19,054 bases of DNA from Octopus sinensis (GCF_006345805.1 NW_021824307.1:1-19054); one strand, 5' to 3'. Positions 1-10,619 are shown, counted from the stretch's first letter. Made by a program: numbers and translations. Notes: a model not told the origin generated them from the sequence alone.

Positions 1-49
1 ATGTCCATATGTATATGTGTGTGAGCGTATGTGTGTGTGTATGTCCGCC

Positions 50-84
<35 letters not shown>

Positions 85-470
85 ATGTGTGTTTGCTGTG
101 TGTGTGTATCTCCATATATATATATGTGGGTGCTGTGTGTGTATGTCCATATGTATTGTTGTGTGAGCGTATGTGTGTGTGTATGTCCGCCTATATATAT
201 ATTATATATGTGTGTGTGTGTGTGTATGTGTGTGTGCTGTGTGTGTGTATCTCCATATATATATATGTGTGTGTGTGTGTGTATGTCCATATGTATATGT
301 GTGTGAGCGTATGTGTGTGTGTATGTCCGCCTATATATATATATATAGTGTGTGTGTGTGTGTATGTGTGTGTGCTGTGTGTGTGTATCTCCATATATAT
401 ATATGTGTGCTGTGTGTGTGTATGTCCATATGTATATGTGTGTGAGCGTATGTGTGTGTGTATGTCCGCC

Positions 471-506
<36 letters not shown>
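1..506. repeat. Higher-order tandem repeat, ~140-bp unit built from (TG)n/(TA)n tracts and fixed linkers, ~3.6 copies (may continue left of the window)
   Basis: ATGTCCATATGTAT recurs at 1, 143, 283 and 422. The linkers GAGCGTATG, ATGTCCGCCTATA and GTATCTCCATATA recur in the same order in each unit. Confidence 0.9.
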
Positions 507-845
507 CCTGTATGCAATTGTGTATATACAAATGTGTCCGTGTGCCTGCGTGTATGTATGTGTGCATCTATGCATATGTATATGTGTGAAATTGTGCTCG
601 CGTGCATCTGTATGTATGAGCATGCATGTATATATGCGTGTATATATATGTGTGTGTATGTATGTGCGTGCGCTTTCCTATTCCAATGTTCGTCGCCACA
701 TATGTAAGTATATGTGCATGTGTGTGTATATGTGTGCGGTTGTATGTGAGTGTCTCTATGTATATCTATATATATGCGTGTGTGTGTATCTCTACATGTA
801 TCTGTATGTGTATGAGTATGTATGTATATACGTGTGTATGCGTAA
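507..845. repeat. Degenerate (TG)n/(TA)n low-complexity tract
   Basis: Alternating purine-pyrimidine sequence with TGTG/TATG motifs. Confidence 0.85.
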
Positions 846-929
846 ATAATATTTTTTGTTTTGTTTTTTAAGGATTTACCATTTGCCTCTTTTTCAACGT
901 TTGCATTTAAATGTTCCTGGCGTTGTTTT

Positions 930-1300
930 CCTTGTTTTCGTTCAGTTTATTGTTGTTGTTCTTGTTGTTGTTGTTGGTTGTTGTCGTCTCATTTTAATCT
1001 CTTTTAGTTATTATCTCCGTCTTCCTCGTCGTCATCCAACGTCATCGTCATCATCTTCATTGCTTTTGTTATTGCCTTTATTGTTGTTCTTACTTTGATT
1101 GTTATTGCTGTTTGTTTTTCTTGTTGTTGTTGCTAGTTGCACTATTGCTGTTGTTGTTGTTGTTGTTATCAACATGGTCGTCGTCTTGTTGTTGTCGTTG
1201 TCGTTATTGTTGTTGTTATTGCTGTCATTGCTGTTGTTGTTGTTGTTGTTTTTGTCGAGGTTTCTATTACCAGCTACAAATATTGTTCTTGTTGTTTCTA
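930..1300. repeat. Degenerate (GTT)n/(GTC)n trinucleotide tract
   Basis: Runs of TTGTTGTTG with GTC/CAT variants. It explains the poly-L/V/C ORFs. Confidence 0.85.
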
Positions 1301-1330
1301 GTATTTTTATTTCATTTTTCTTTATATTTT

Positions 1331-1357
1331 ACACACACACACACACGCACACAAAAC

Positions 1358-1399
<42 letters not shown>

Positions 1400-1462
1400 A
1401 CACACACAAACACACACACACATCCCTCCACAGAAACACATACACACACACATATATATATA
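1331..1462. repeat. (CA)n microsatellite
   Basis: Direct inspection. Confidence 0.95.
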
Positions 1463-1869
1463 TGTGTCTATATCTTTTGTCTGTTTTTTGTTATGCTATA
1501 TAAGTCAATAGAACGGTCGGATCAATAGCCGTAGTGTTATTTGCCAGAGAATCGGAGGAAATCTTTCTTTTTTCGTTCTCTGAACCTCATCAGCAACACA
1601 CGGATAATAACGGACGACGGAGCTGGATACGGCGGATCAGCAGCGGCAATGGAAATGGCGGCGGTTGAGGCAACAGCAGCAGCTCCATTAAGAAGCCATG
1701 CTGGAGAAGGCGGCGGTGGCAGTGGCGGCGGCGGCGGCGACAGAATCAGTGGAACGAGGTGGTGGAAGGTGAAAGGCGGTGGAAGTATGAATGAGAAACA
1801 GACAGGAAGCAGAAGAGCTTTTTTTTTATGGACGTGGGTGGGGGAACGGGCTAATAATCTATTATACTA

Positions 1870-2090
1870 GGCGCATGCGTGGCTGTGTGGTAAGAAGCTT
1901 GCTTCCCCACCCACGTGGTTCTGGGTTCAGTCCCAATGCGAGGCACCTTGGGCAAGCGTCCACCATAGCCTCAAGCCGACCAAATCCTTGTGAGTGGATT
2001 TGGAGAGGGAAACTGAAAGGAACCTGTCCTATTTATATACCTGTGTGTATGTGTTTGTGTGTGCGTGTGTGTGTGTGTATGCGTTTTTGA
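1870..2090 (+). mobile_element. tRNA-derived SINE, type A (head, central domain and microsatellite), copy 1
   Basis: Pol III A-box-like TGGCTGTGTGG and B-box-like GGTTCAGTCCC, followed by CACCTTGGGCAAG (CORE-like). It aligns over ~160 bp with a second copy at 8219-8425. Confidence 0.9.
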
Positions 2091-2295
2091 GGAATGTGGA
2101 AACACTTGTTATCCACTGTTCTTCTCAAGGACCATATGTCAGGGGTCCAGCTATGGGATAAGTAGCATATGTGATGACAATCCATCGCAGTGAGGGGGCG
2201 CAGAAATACCCTTGGTTGGTTGCAGGGCTCACAGAAAAATCCACCAGAAGTGAGGGAACCCTAGCCGTTGTTATAGTATCCTTCTAGGAGATAGA

Positions 2296-2519
2296 ATAAA
2301 GGATAAAAGTCCTTCCCGAGTCATACAGATTCATAGGGCCGGTTTTCCGGTTTTTCTGCTGCCGGTCCGTCGCAGGATCACTTTTTTGACAGCTGAGTGG
2401 ACTGGAGCAACGTGAAGTGAAGTGAAATCAAGAACACAACTTGTCGATCGGTCTAGAGATCGAAACTATATTCTTACGATCATGAGTCCAACACCCGAAC
2501 CACTAAGCCACGCACCTCT
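2296..2519 (-). mobile_element. tRNA-derived SINE, type C, with an internal deletion
   Basis: On the minus strand there is an A-box TGGCTTAGTGG and a B-box-like GTTTCGATCTC. These are followed by GTTGTGTTCTTGA..CACTTCACGTTGCTCCAGTCCACTCAGCTG and CCTGCGACGGACCGG (resembles conserved SINE central domains), then a distinct tail. Single copy in the window, so the family call rests on recall. Confidence 0.75.
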
Positions 2520-3076
2520 ACATCCTTCTAAGAGATGGAAAATCTGATATAAAACCTGTGATTTCACGTGATTACTGGTCATCTCGCTTCGGCCTCTCAC
2601 TCGGTACTAACCACGGGGACTCAGAGATTGGTACTCGTGTTGTCCAGACGTTTATCATTATAACCCAATGACCTACTGATGTCTCTTTATGGTGACCTCA
2701 GCTGATTGTCCTATGACACTGGAAATGTAAATGAGGATGGAAGCGGACAATAAGTTACAACTTTCGTCTGTCACCTATGCTCCAAACGAAGCAGATCAGC
2801 AACACGAATGCAGAATCAGATGAGAGGTCATGGACGGAAAGTCAGAAATGCTATTGACAGCGAGGAAGCTGAAGGGCATGGCAATCATCTGTGAAGAAGG
2901 AGCAACCACCATATATAGTGTTCAATATTGTACAAAAAGAAAAACGAAAAAGGCAGAGGGCCGATGAGGGAGCCCCGAATAAGGTGTATGGCTTTGGCTC
3001 TTAGGAAAAATAGAAGAGTCATTAACTTCATTATCATCATTGGAGTCATTAATTTCAGGACTGCGTTCTTCTACAA

Positions 3077-3680
3077 CAGTGTTTCTCAACCAGGGTTCAT
3101 ATGTCACGTGGGAGTCCACATAAGATTCCAGTGTTGAAATTCATGTGTAATAAATTAGTTTTACTTCTGCAATACACAAAATATTTTCAAAATGTTTAAA
3201 ATACAATTTATTATATCTTTATATATAAAAGTAAGGTTGTATGCTGTCTGTCTCCTACGATTTAGATTCCTAACTACTCCCACATTTTGCGGTGCAGTTT
3301 AACCAAAACCGGGTATCTTATAGTCGTGATTCATATCGAGCCCTTCTGGGTATTAGCGCGCGTCTACGATGAGTCTACGATTTTAAAAATAATTTACCAT
3401 CAATTTTTCCCATTTTTAATGCATTTTTGGCATATATAAGGGAAGTAACTCTCTAAAAGTTTATTATTAAATCTCAGAACGTAAAAAGCTACAGTAACCC
3501 CCCCCCCTTTGTGGTTAACCATATTGAGATGGCTATTATACTTTACATCTCTAAAAATTCTTATATAGTTATTTCCCTTACAAACCCGAGCAACGCCGGG
3601 CGATACTGCTAGTTTAACTATAAAAATATAATAGAATTATTGAAACATCGGGATGTGAAGATCCCATAACCGTCCAGATT
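3077..3680. mobile_element. Probable degenerate hAT/Charlie-like MITE, interrupted by the Helitron
   Basis: Starts with CAGTGTTTCTCAACCAGGG, a typical hAT/Charlie terminus, followed by an AT-rich body on both sides of the Helitron. No right TIR or 8-bp TSD could be identified, so the right boundary is approximate. Confidence 0.45.
3216..3612 (+). mobile_element. Non-autonomous Helitron, apparently full length (397 bp)
   Basis: 5' end TCTTTATATATAAAAG; subterminal hairpin CCCGAGCAACGCCGGG (3585-3600); 3' end CTAG (3609-3612); inserted between host A (3215) and T (3613); no TSD. These are the canonical Helitron hallmarks. Confidence 0.85.
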
Positions 3681-3834
3681 TAGAGAGGTACACTCGAGGA
3701 AAATGTAGAAATAAAGTCCGTAGTGTTGATGGGATTTAAAGAGACAGGTAGATTAGTGTTGTCACACGTGAGAAAATAAATAAATAAAAGAAAAAAATAG
3801 CAACAACTGAAAGCAAGGAGAGCCTCTTCACGAT

Positions 3835-3985
3835 ACGTTCTGAGTTCAAATTCCGCCGAAGTCGACTTCGCCTTTCATCATTTCGCGGTCGATAAATTAA
3901 GTACCACGTGCGTACTGAGGTCGATTTAATCGATTGGTCCCCTCCCCCAAAATTTCGGGCCTTGTGCCTACAGTGATAAAGAATA
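3835..3985 (+). mobile_element. SINE type B, tail 1, 5'-truncated (array copy 1)
   Basis: ACGTTCTGAGTTCAAATTCCGCCGAAGTCGACTTCGCCTTTCATC...GGTCGATAAATTAAGTACCA plus the tail CCCTCCCCCAAAATTTCGGGCCTTGTGCCTA. Aligns to the other type B copies. Confidence 0.9.
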
Positions 3986-4000
3986 TGTATATGAATTTAC

Positions 4001-4212
4001 GGCGGTGAGCTGGCAGAAACGCTAGCACGCCGTGCGAAATGCTTAGCGGCATTTCGTCTGTCTTTACGTTCTGAGTTCAAATTGCACCAAGGTCGACTTT
4101 GCCTTTCATCCTTTCAGGGTCGATAAATTAAGTACCAGATGCGCACTAAGATTGATCTAATCGATTGGCTCCCTCCTCCTAAATTGTAGCCTTGTGCCTA
4201 GAGTAGGAAAGA
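4001..4212 (+). mobile_element. SINE type B, tail 1, full length (array copy 2)
   Basis: A-box-like GAGCTGGCAGAAACG head, B-box-like GAGTTCAAATT, central domain GCCTTTCATCCTTTCAGGGTCGATAAATTAAGTACCA (resembles a Meta-type domain, from recall) and tail 1. Confidence 0.92.
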
Positions 4213-4226
4213 TACATTACAGTAAT

Positions 4227-4443
4227 AATAGTTTCGAATCTTGGTAGCAGGCCAGAAATTTCGAGGGACGTGGTAAGTGGATTACACTGACCCCAGTAGT
4301 CAACTGGTATTAGTTTTATCGACCCTGAAATAATAAAATGCAAAGTTGACATGGGGGGAATTTGAACTCAGAATATAAAGACGGATGAAATGCCATTCAG
4401 CAGTGTGCCCGGCGTGCTAACAGTTCTGCCAACTCGTCATCAT
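4227..4443 (-). mobile_element. SINE type B, tail 1, full length, strongly diverged (array copy 3)
   Basis: The reverse complement aligns to copy 2 from head (GACGAGTTGGCAGAA) to tail (GAAATTTCTGGCC). Confidence 0.85.
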
Positions 4444-4458
4444 ATACATTAACAATCC

Positions 4459-4663
4459 TTTCTATTAAAGGTACAACGCCTGAAATTTGAGGCATGGGGC
4501 TAGTCGATTACATCGACCCCAGTGTTTAACTGGTACTCGTTTTATCGACCCTGAAATGATGAAAGTCGACCTCGGAGAAATTGGAAACCAGAAAGTAAAG
4601 ACGGGTGAAATACCACTAAGCATTTCATCCAGCGTGCTAACGACTCTGTCAGCTCGCCACTTC
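4459..4663 (-). mobile_element. SINE type B, tail 1, full length, diverged (array copy 4)
   Basis: The reverse complement aligns to copy 2; head GTGGCGAGCTGACAGAG. Confidence 0.87.
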
Positions 4664-4705
4664 ATACATTACAGTAATTATAAGGATAAATATGTCACAT
4701 GTATT

Positions 4706-4870
4706 CTTTTATACTCTAGGCACAAGGCCAGAAATTTTTGTGGAGAGGGTCAGTCGATTAGATCGAGACCGGTACGCAACTGGTACTTAATTTATCGACC
4801 CCGAAAGGATGAAAAGCAAAGTCGACCTCGGTGAAATTTGAACTCAGAGCATGAATACAGACGAAATACA
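4706..4870 (-). mobile_element. SINE type B, tail 1, 5'-truncated (array copy 5)
   Basis: Plus-strand TCTAGGCACAAGGCCAGAAATT...TGGTACTTAATTTATCGACCCCGAAAGGATGAAA...ACGAAATAC, directly abutted by the tail of copy 6. Confidence 0.9.
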
Positions 4871-5102
4871 TATTCTTTACAACCCACAAGGGGCTAAACA
4901 TAGAGGGGACAAACAAGGACAGACAAACGGATTAAGTCGATTATATCGACCACAGTGCGTAACTGTTACTTATTTAATCGACCCCGAAAGGATGAAAGGC
5001 AAAGTCGACCTCGGCGGAATTTGAACTCAGAACGTAAAGACAAACGAAATACCGCTAACATTTCGTCTAGAGTGCTAATGACTGCTGCTAGCTCACCGCC
5101 TT
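4871..5102 (-). mobile_element. SINE type B, tail 2, full length (array copy 6)
   Basis: Same head and central domain as the other copies, but a different tail (minus strand AATCCGTTTGTCTGTCCTTGTTTGTCCCCTCTATGTTTAGCCCCTTGTGGG). This tail is shared with the copy at 15181-15384. Confidence 0.92.
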
Positions 5103-5318
5103 ATACATTACAATAATTATAAGAATAAATATGTCACATATATTACGAAATAATCAATTTGCTGCTTGGTATATAAGCAATGATATATGTTAAATGTTCC
5201 TGATTTTGTTTTTAGTTGATAACGGGATTACGCAGGAAAATTTCCAAATGCAGTAACTAAAAACACCCACCATTTCCGGAGAAGAGATGTTTAAAATATG
5301 ATTATGTCTTTTAACATA

Positions 5319-5811
5319 CGATGGAGGACCGAAAAGTTCATATGGTGACTATGAAGGAGTGATGCTAGAGCTGTGAAATCTTGCATGCATTAGTTTCAAC
5401 TCGTCTTATTGATAACTGCATAAGTGTTTGGTGTCATAAGGACTAGGCTCCATCACCCAAGTCCTTGGTTCCACTGGCTGCTGTGCGTGACTGTGGCTTT
5501 GAACTGGATGTGCATCCCGATTTGGCCCCCAACTGACTATCATCTGTTCTCCTACATGAAAAAAAAACCCCAAAAATCCCCACCTGGTTTGGGACCAGTA
5601 ACACAGGGATGATGACGTCATATCTACCTTTGATGGCTTATTTGATCAACAGGATGAAAACTTCCTTACCGAATGGGTTCAAAGCATTGTAAGACCGATG
5701 GAAAAAAGTGTGTGGAACGGAAGTGGGTCTGTGTTGAAGAATAAACCTCATTCGATCACGCTGCATCAGGATATCTTGGTCAGTGCATGAACGTTGCAGC
5801 TGACCCTCTCG
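5319..5811 (+). mobile_element. Internally deleted mariner-type DNA transposon
   Basis: TA at 5317-5318 and 5812-5813. Degenerate TIRs (left CGATGGAGGACCGAAAAGTTCATATGGTGAC; right, reverse-complemented, CGAGAGGGTCAGCTGCAACGTTCATGCACTGAC). It contains a transposase C-terminal remnant. Confidence 0.8.
5459..5744 (+). pseudogene. Mariner (DD34D) transposase C-terminal remnant with frameshifts and stops
   Basis: Stitched translation: KSLVPLAAVRDCGFELDVHPDLAP/TDYHLFSYMKK...DDDVISTFDGLFDQQDENFLT/NGFKAL*DRWKK/CVERKWVCVEE*. This matches the mariner motifs YSPDLAP(S/T)D, FxxGIxxLxxRWxKC and xGxYVE. Confidence 0.85.
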
Positions 5812-5934
5812 TATATGGACAACATTTTGTTTCTTAATATCCTCTCGTTTTAACCATCATTACAATTCTTTGTGTTACTGTTCCAAACAAAAAATCATCT
5901 CATATATATACCAGCCTCATTGATAAGATTCTTT

Positions 5935-5937
5935 GTC

Positions 5938-5977
<40 letters not shown>

Positions 5978-6142
5978 TCCATACATATTCATACATATAT
6001 ACATATATTCATACATACATTCATTCACACTTAAAACACACGCACACACACACACATATATATATATGTATATATATACATATTCTATATGTATATTCGT
6101 GTGTGGGTGTATGTGTATGTATATACGTGAGTATATACATAC

Positions 6143-6194
<52 letters not shown>

Positions 6195-6530
6195 GAGTAT
6201 GTATGTATATATATATGCGTATGCATATACATATTCACTTTCACTTACATACAAACATACATTAAACACACACACACACACTCATATATACATACATACA
6301 TAAATACATACATACATACATACATATATATACACATACATATATATATATACATACATACATATATGGATAAGTACGTACACATACATAAACATATATA
6401 TATGGTATATTTACACATACGTACCACGTGTACATATATTTCATATACATAGCTTACATACAAACACACATACATACATAGCATGCACACACATACATAC
6501 ATACACACAAACATACGTATATATTTCATA
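5935..6530. repeat. Compound (CA)n/(TA)n/(CATA)n microsatellite
   Basis: Direct inspection. Confidence 0.9.
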
Positions 6531-7029
6531 CATAACATAAAAAGAAAAGATAACTGTACAAGTAAAACCAGTTTTATTATGTTATTGATATACCTCTCCA
6601 TTATATACAATAGACTATATATCCTCACCATTTACTGCAGACGACAGTATACAATACATATTTTCACGTATTGTCTCTCTTACAATGTCGGCGTGATTTT
6701 TTTGTATTCGTTGTTGTTCAAGGCATTTACGAGGGGAAAAAAAATCGAATGAAAGCAATACACCTATAATAATTGAAGGGTTTCTGTTTATATATCCCTT
6801 ATTTTTATATTCTCATTGTGCCTTTCATATGAATATATATATTTTGTCTGTTTTTTTTGCAGAGTTATTTCTATTTCGCTATCCTTTTATTACAATACTT
6901 TTATAGTATATATAAGTTATTTTTTGTTGTTGTCTGCTGCATAGTAAAGTTACCCTAGATATGTCGGTTCGGCTTGATATCGTCTGCTAACTAAAGATTC
7001 GTATAAATATATAAATGAATAAATAAATG

Positions 7030-7830
7030 ATTATATATGTACGTGTGTATGTGTGTGTGTGTGTTAGGATATGTGTATAGTCGTATCATTTTAATATGAT
7101 GCACTTTTTCATTTTTACTTGTTTCTGTTTTTTTTTCGTTTATATCCACTTAAACAAGAATACATATGTATGTGTATGTTGTTATATTTGTACATACCTA
7201 ATACACACAAACACAACACATAACAACACACACCCAACACAGACAAGAGCTAACATCATAACACTCATCACATAACACTCACACAACACGCAAATCAAAA
7301 GTATTTCCTGCATATATATATATACATCATACATATATATATATATATATATAATATTATATATTATGGTGTATATATATAATTATATATGAATAGTATA
7401 TGTATGTGTGTGTGTGTGTGTATATATATATGTATATATACATGTATGTATGTATATATATATATATGTGTGTGTATGTGTACCATTATATGTGTGTGTG
7501 TATATACATCAATATAGAGGCTGTATATAAGTAAACGTATGCTTAAACACTCAACCAAGGCTGAACTCCCGCCACCTCTACCATCACTACACCGCCACCA
7601 CCATCACCACCACCATCACCACTGCAACCACCGTCGCCGCCTCCACCGACACTACAAATTCAACCAAAACAGACAAATACCATTTGAATTACAACAAGTC
7701 AACATACACGCACAAAAATGCACACACAAACACACGCACACACACACACACACACACCACATACACACACTCATACACACACAAACACACGCATGTATGT
7801 ACACAGACAGAATCACACAGACATACACGT
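7030..7830. repeat. Patchwork of (TA)n, (TG)n, (CA)n and a (CAC)n tract (7570-7650)
   Basis: Direct inspection. The poly-His ORF 7539-7856 is the (CAC)n tract. Confidence 0.85.
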
Positions 7831-8165
7831 ACAGACACGCAGGCGCACGGACATAATAGGATATACGGATACATGCACGTTCGGGACGAAGTGGGAATAA
7901 AACGGAATCAATAACGATAAATATCCAATATTGTTATGCAGGGGGGGGGGGGAAGCATTGTGAACGTTGCCTGAAGATCGCGAACGAGAAACTACGAGTA
8001 ATAGAAGACACAAGCTCTACTGTGTCTGTTGATGTGTATGTGTACGTATGTGTACGTGTGTGTGTGGATGTGTGTATGGATATCTATATGCCTACAAATA
8101 TATTTTGTATCTATATCTGTATATCTATATCTATATTTGTATATGTGTGTATCCGTAAATATATA

Positions 8166-8218
<53 letters not shown>

Positions 8219-8425
8219 GCACAGTAGTGGCTGTGTGGTAAGTAGTTTGTTTACCAACCACATGGTTCTGGGTTCAGTCCCACTGCGTGGCACCTTGGGC
8301 AAGTGTCTTCTGCTATAGCCTCGGGCCGACCAAAGCCTTGTGAGTGGATTTGGTAGACGGAAACTGAAAGAAGCCCATCGTATATATGTATATATATATA
8401 TATGTGTGTGTGAGTTTGTGTGTAT
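8219..8425 (+). mobile_element. tRNA-derived SINE, type A, copy 2, next to a (TA)n tract
   Basis: GTGGCTGTGTGGTAAG...GGTTCAGTCCCACTGCGTGGCACCTTGGGCAAGTGTC...GGAAACTGAAAGAAGCCC, aligning with 1870-2040. Confidence 0.92.
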
Positions 8426-8844
8426 GTATTGCACCAGCATGCTCACAGTGTAATGGGTGAAACAGGTAAAAATATATAACACAAATACAAAATACCTATA
8501 CCCATGTAGCCATGTTTGTCAACCCACGTGTATATATATAGGTACATATGTTATGTGAGTGTATATGCATGAGTGTGAATACACACATACATATGTGTAT
8601 ATCAGGTTAGCGTATAGAATTAAAAACATATCTTTCTAAGTTATATATGTATGAAAACACAGTTTTTTGTCATATTAACGTAATAGATTTAATCCTTACA
8701 TGAGTACGTATGTATGGAAGTGTGTATAAATATATAAGTAATAATATATATTTCCGTTTATTCTCATGTATGTTTGTAAGTACGTATATACACTTGTATG
8801 CTTGCGTATGTTTTACAATGCCTGAATGTATGTATATATGAATG

Positions 8845-8864
8845 CATCTATCTGTCTATCAATG

Positions 8865-8924
<60 letters not shown>

Positions 8925-8955
8925 ATCTATCTATCTATTTATTTATATCTGTCTG

Positions 8956-9042
<87 letters not shown>

Positions 9043-9120
9043 GTATATCTATCTATCTATTTATATCTGTCTGTCTATCTATCTATCTAACTATCTATCT
9101 ATCTGTATATCTATCTATCA
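8845..9120. repeat. (TATC)n tetranucleotide microsatellite
   Basis: Direct inspection. The LSIY ORFs derive from it. Confidence 0.95.
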
Positions 9121-9149
9121 TTTGATACACATACAAATACATATACATA

Positions 9150-9456
9150 TATGCATATAAATATATATGCATGTCTATGTATATATATATATATACGCCT
9201 CTCTCTCTCTATATATATATGAGTATGCATGTATGTGTATATCTATATAACTATATGTAAAAGGATATGTATACATATATTGTCCTATATCTCTATGCAT
9301 CCAAATTACAAAGCAAGTTAGGTATAACATTTCAGACAGACACATATTCATTCAGACACAGTTTTATAACTTTTTTCAAAGTTAACAACGTTTCTCTTCT
9401 TCCCTTTTCTTTCGCTCTGTGCGTATTTGTGCGTATATTCACATAACATACTGTAC

Positions 9457-9507
<51 letters not shown>

Positions 9508-9832
9508 TATATAAATCTCTCTCTCTATATATTAAGTATGTATATATATATATATGTATATATATGTATATATATATATATTTTATACACACACATACAC
9601 ATGCATATGTTTATAAAGAGATATTTAAAGTTTGTTGTATTATCTGTTGTCTGGGTTCTGTTCTTTGTGGCCAAATGTGTGTGTGGTGTATATATATGTG
9701 TGTATGTGTGTGCGACTGTTGTGGGTATGTATATATATATATATATGAATATATGTATATTTATAGTGTGTGGTGTATATATAATATATATATATATTTT
9801 TATGCACCCACACCTATATACATTAATATATA

Positions 9833-9877
<45 letters not shown>

Positions 9878-10301
9878 ACATACATACACACATATACATG
9901 CATATACACGTATATATGTGTATGTAAGTATGTATAGATAGGAAATAAGTGGAATAGAAAAAAAGTAATGTTTCCCTACCCCCAACTACACACTAAATAT
10001 ATAAAACAACAACAACAACAACGAAATATTAAACAAGCAACGAAAAAGCATTTTGTATGGAACAAAGTCATACTAGGGTGTCTTCTTTTTCACACAATAT
10101 TCTTGTCCTTTGGGGTCTCCATACTTATTTAGTTCTCCATTCTTTTTTATCGTCAGATCTTCTGAAATAATGGTCAATATAAATAACCATTATGTATTAT
10201 ACAGCTGACACAATACCGCTTTATATGATACAAAAGGAGCAGAGAAGAGAGGTTTTTCAATGTTTTGTACGTATGTGATATATCTATGTATATGATGTAC
10301 G

Positions 10302-10350
<49 letters not shown>

Positions 10351-10534
10351 GTGTGTGTGTGTATATGTATATATGTATGTATATATATATGTGTGTGTGT
10401 GTATTAATATTTGTATTCGTTTATTTGTATTCATGTATTCATTTATCTCATTTTGGCGTTATTGTTTTGTGGCCAATGATGCATAACTGTACAAATATAT
10501 CTATATTAATATATGGGTATATATATATATCTTT

Positions 10535-10579
<45 letters not shown>

Positions 10580-10619
10580 TATCTATAAGCATATATACAT
10601 GTAAGTATATACGAACGAA

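Noticed and set aside
9-849. Long Cys/Val/Tyr-rich ORFs (up to 232 aa)
   Set aside because: They are translations of (TG)n/(TA)n repeats that are open in several frames and have no domain signal.
1541-1870. Gly/Ala-rich ORF as a real CDS
   Set aside because: It begins at a non-ATG codon, is driven by (GGC)n/(GCA)n, ends at a SINE boundary and has no recognisable homology.
1870-1950. tRNA genes at SINE heads (also 2450-2519, 4001-4090, 8219-8290)
   Set aside because: A and B boxes are present, but there is no complete cloverleaf and each continues into a SINE body.
2520-2900. Moderately GC-rich unique stretch, possibly a decayed retroelement
   Set aside because: The frames I translated gave no recognisable motif.
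4212-5144. True CRISPR array
   Set aside because: The context is eukaryotic, the spacers are homologous SINEs, repeat lengths vary and there are no cas genes. Only the architecture is analogous.
4664-5144. The three G/A differences between the 42-bp repeats as a trace of RNA editing
   Set aside because: A TSD does not pass through RNA, and three transitions are compatible with ordinary mutation.
10115-10160. Possible minus-strand micro-exon (TTATTTCAG ... GTATGG)
   Set aside because: Two of three frames contain stops, it is incompatible in phase with the other candidate exon, and there is no homology.
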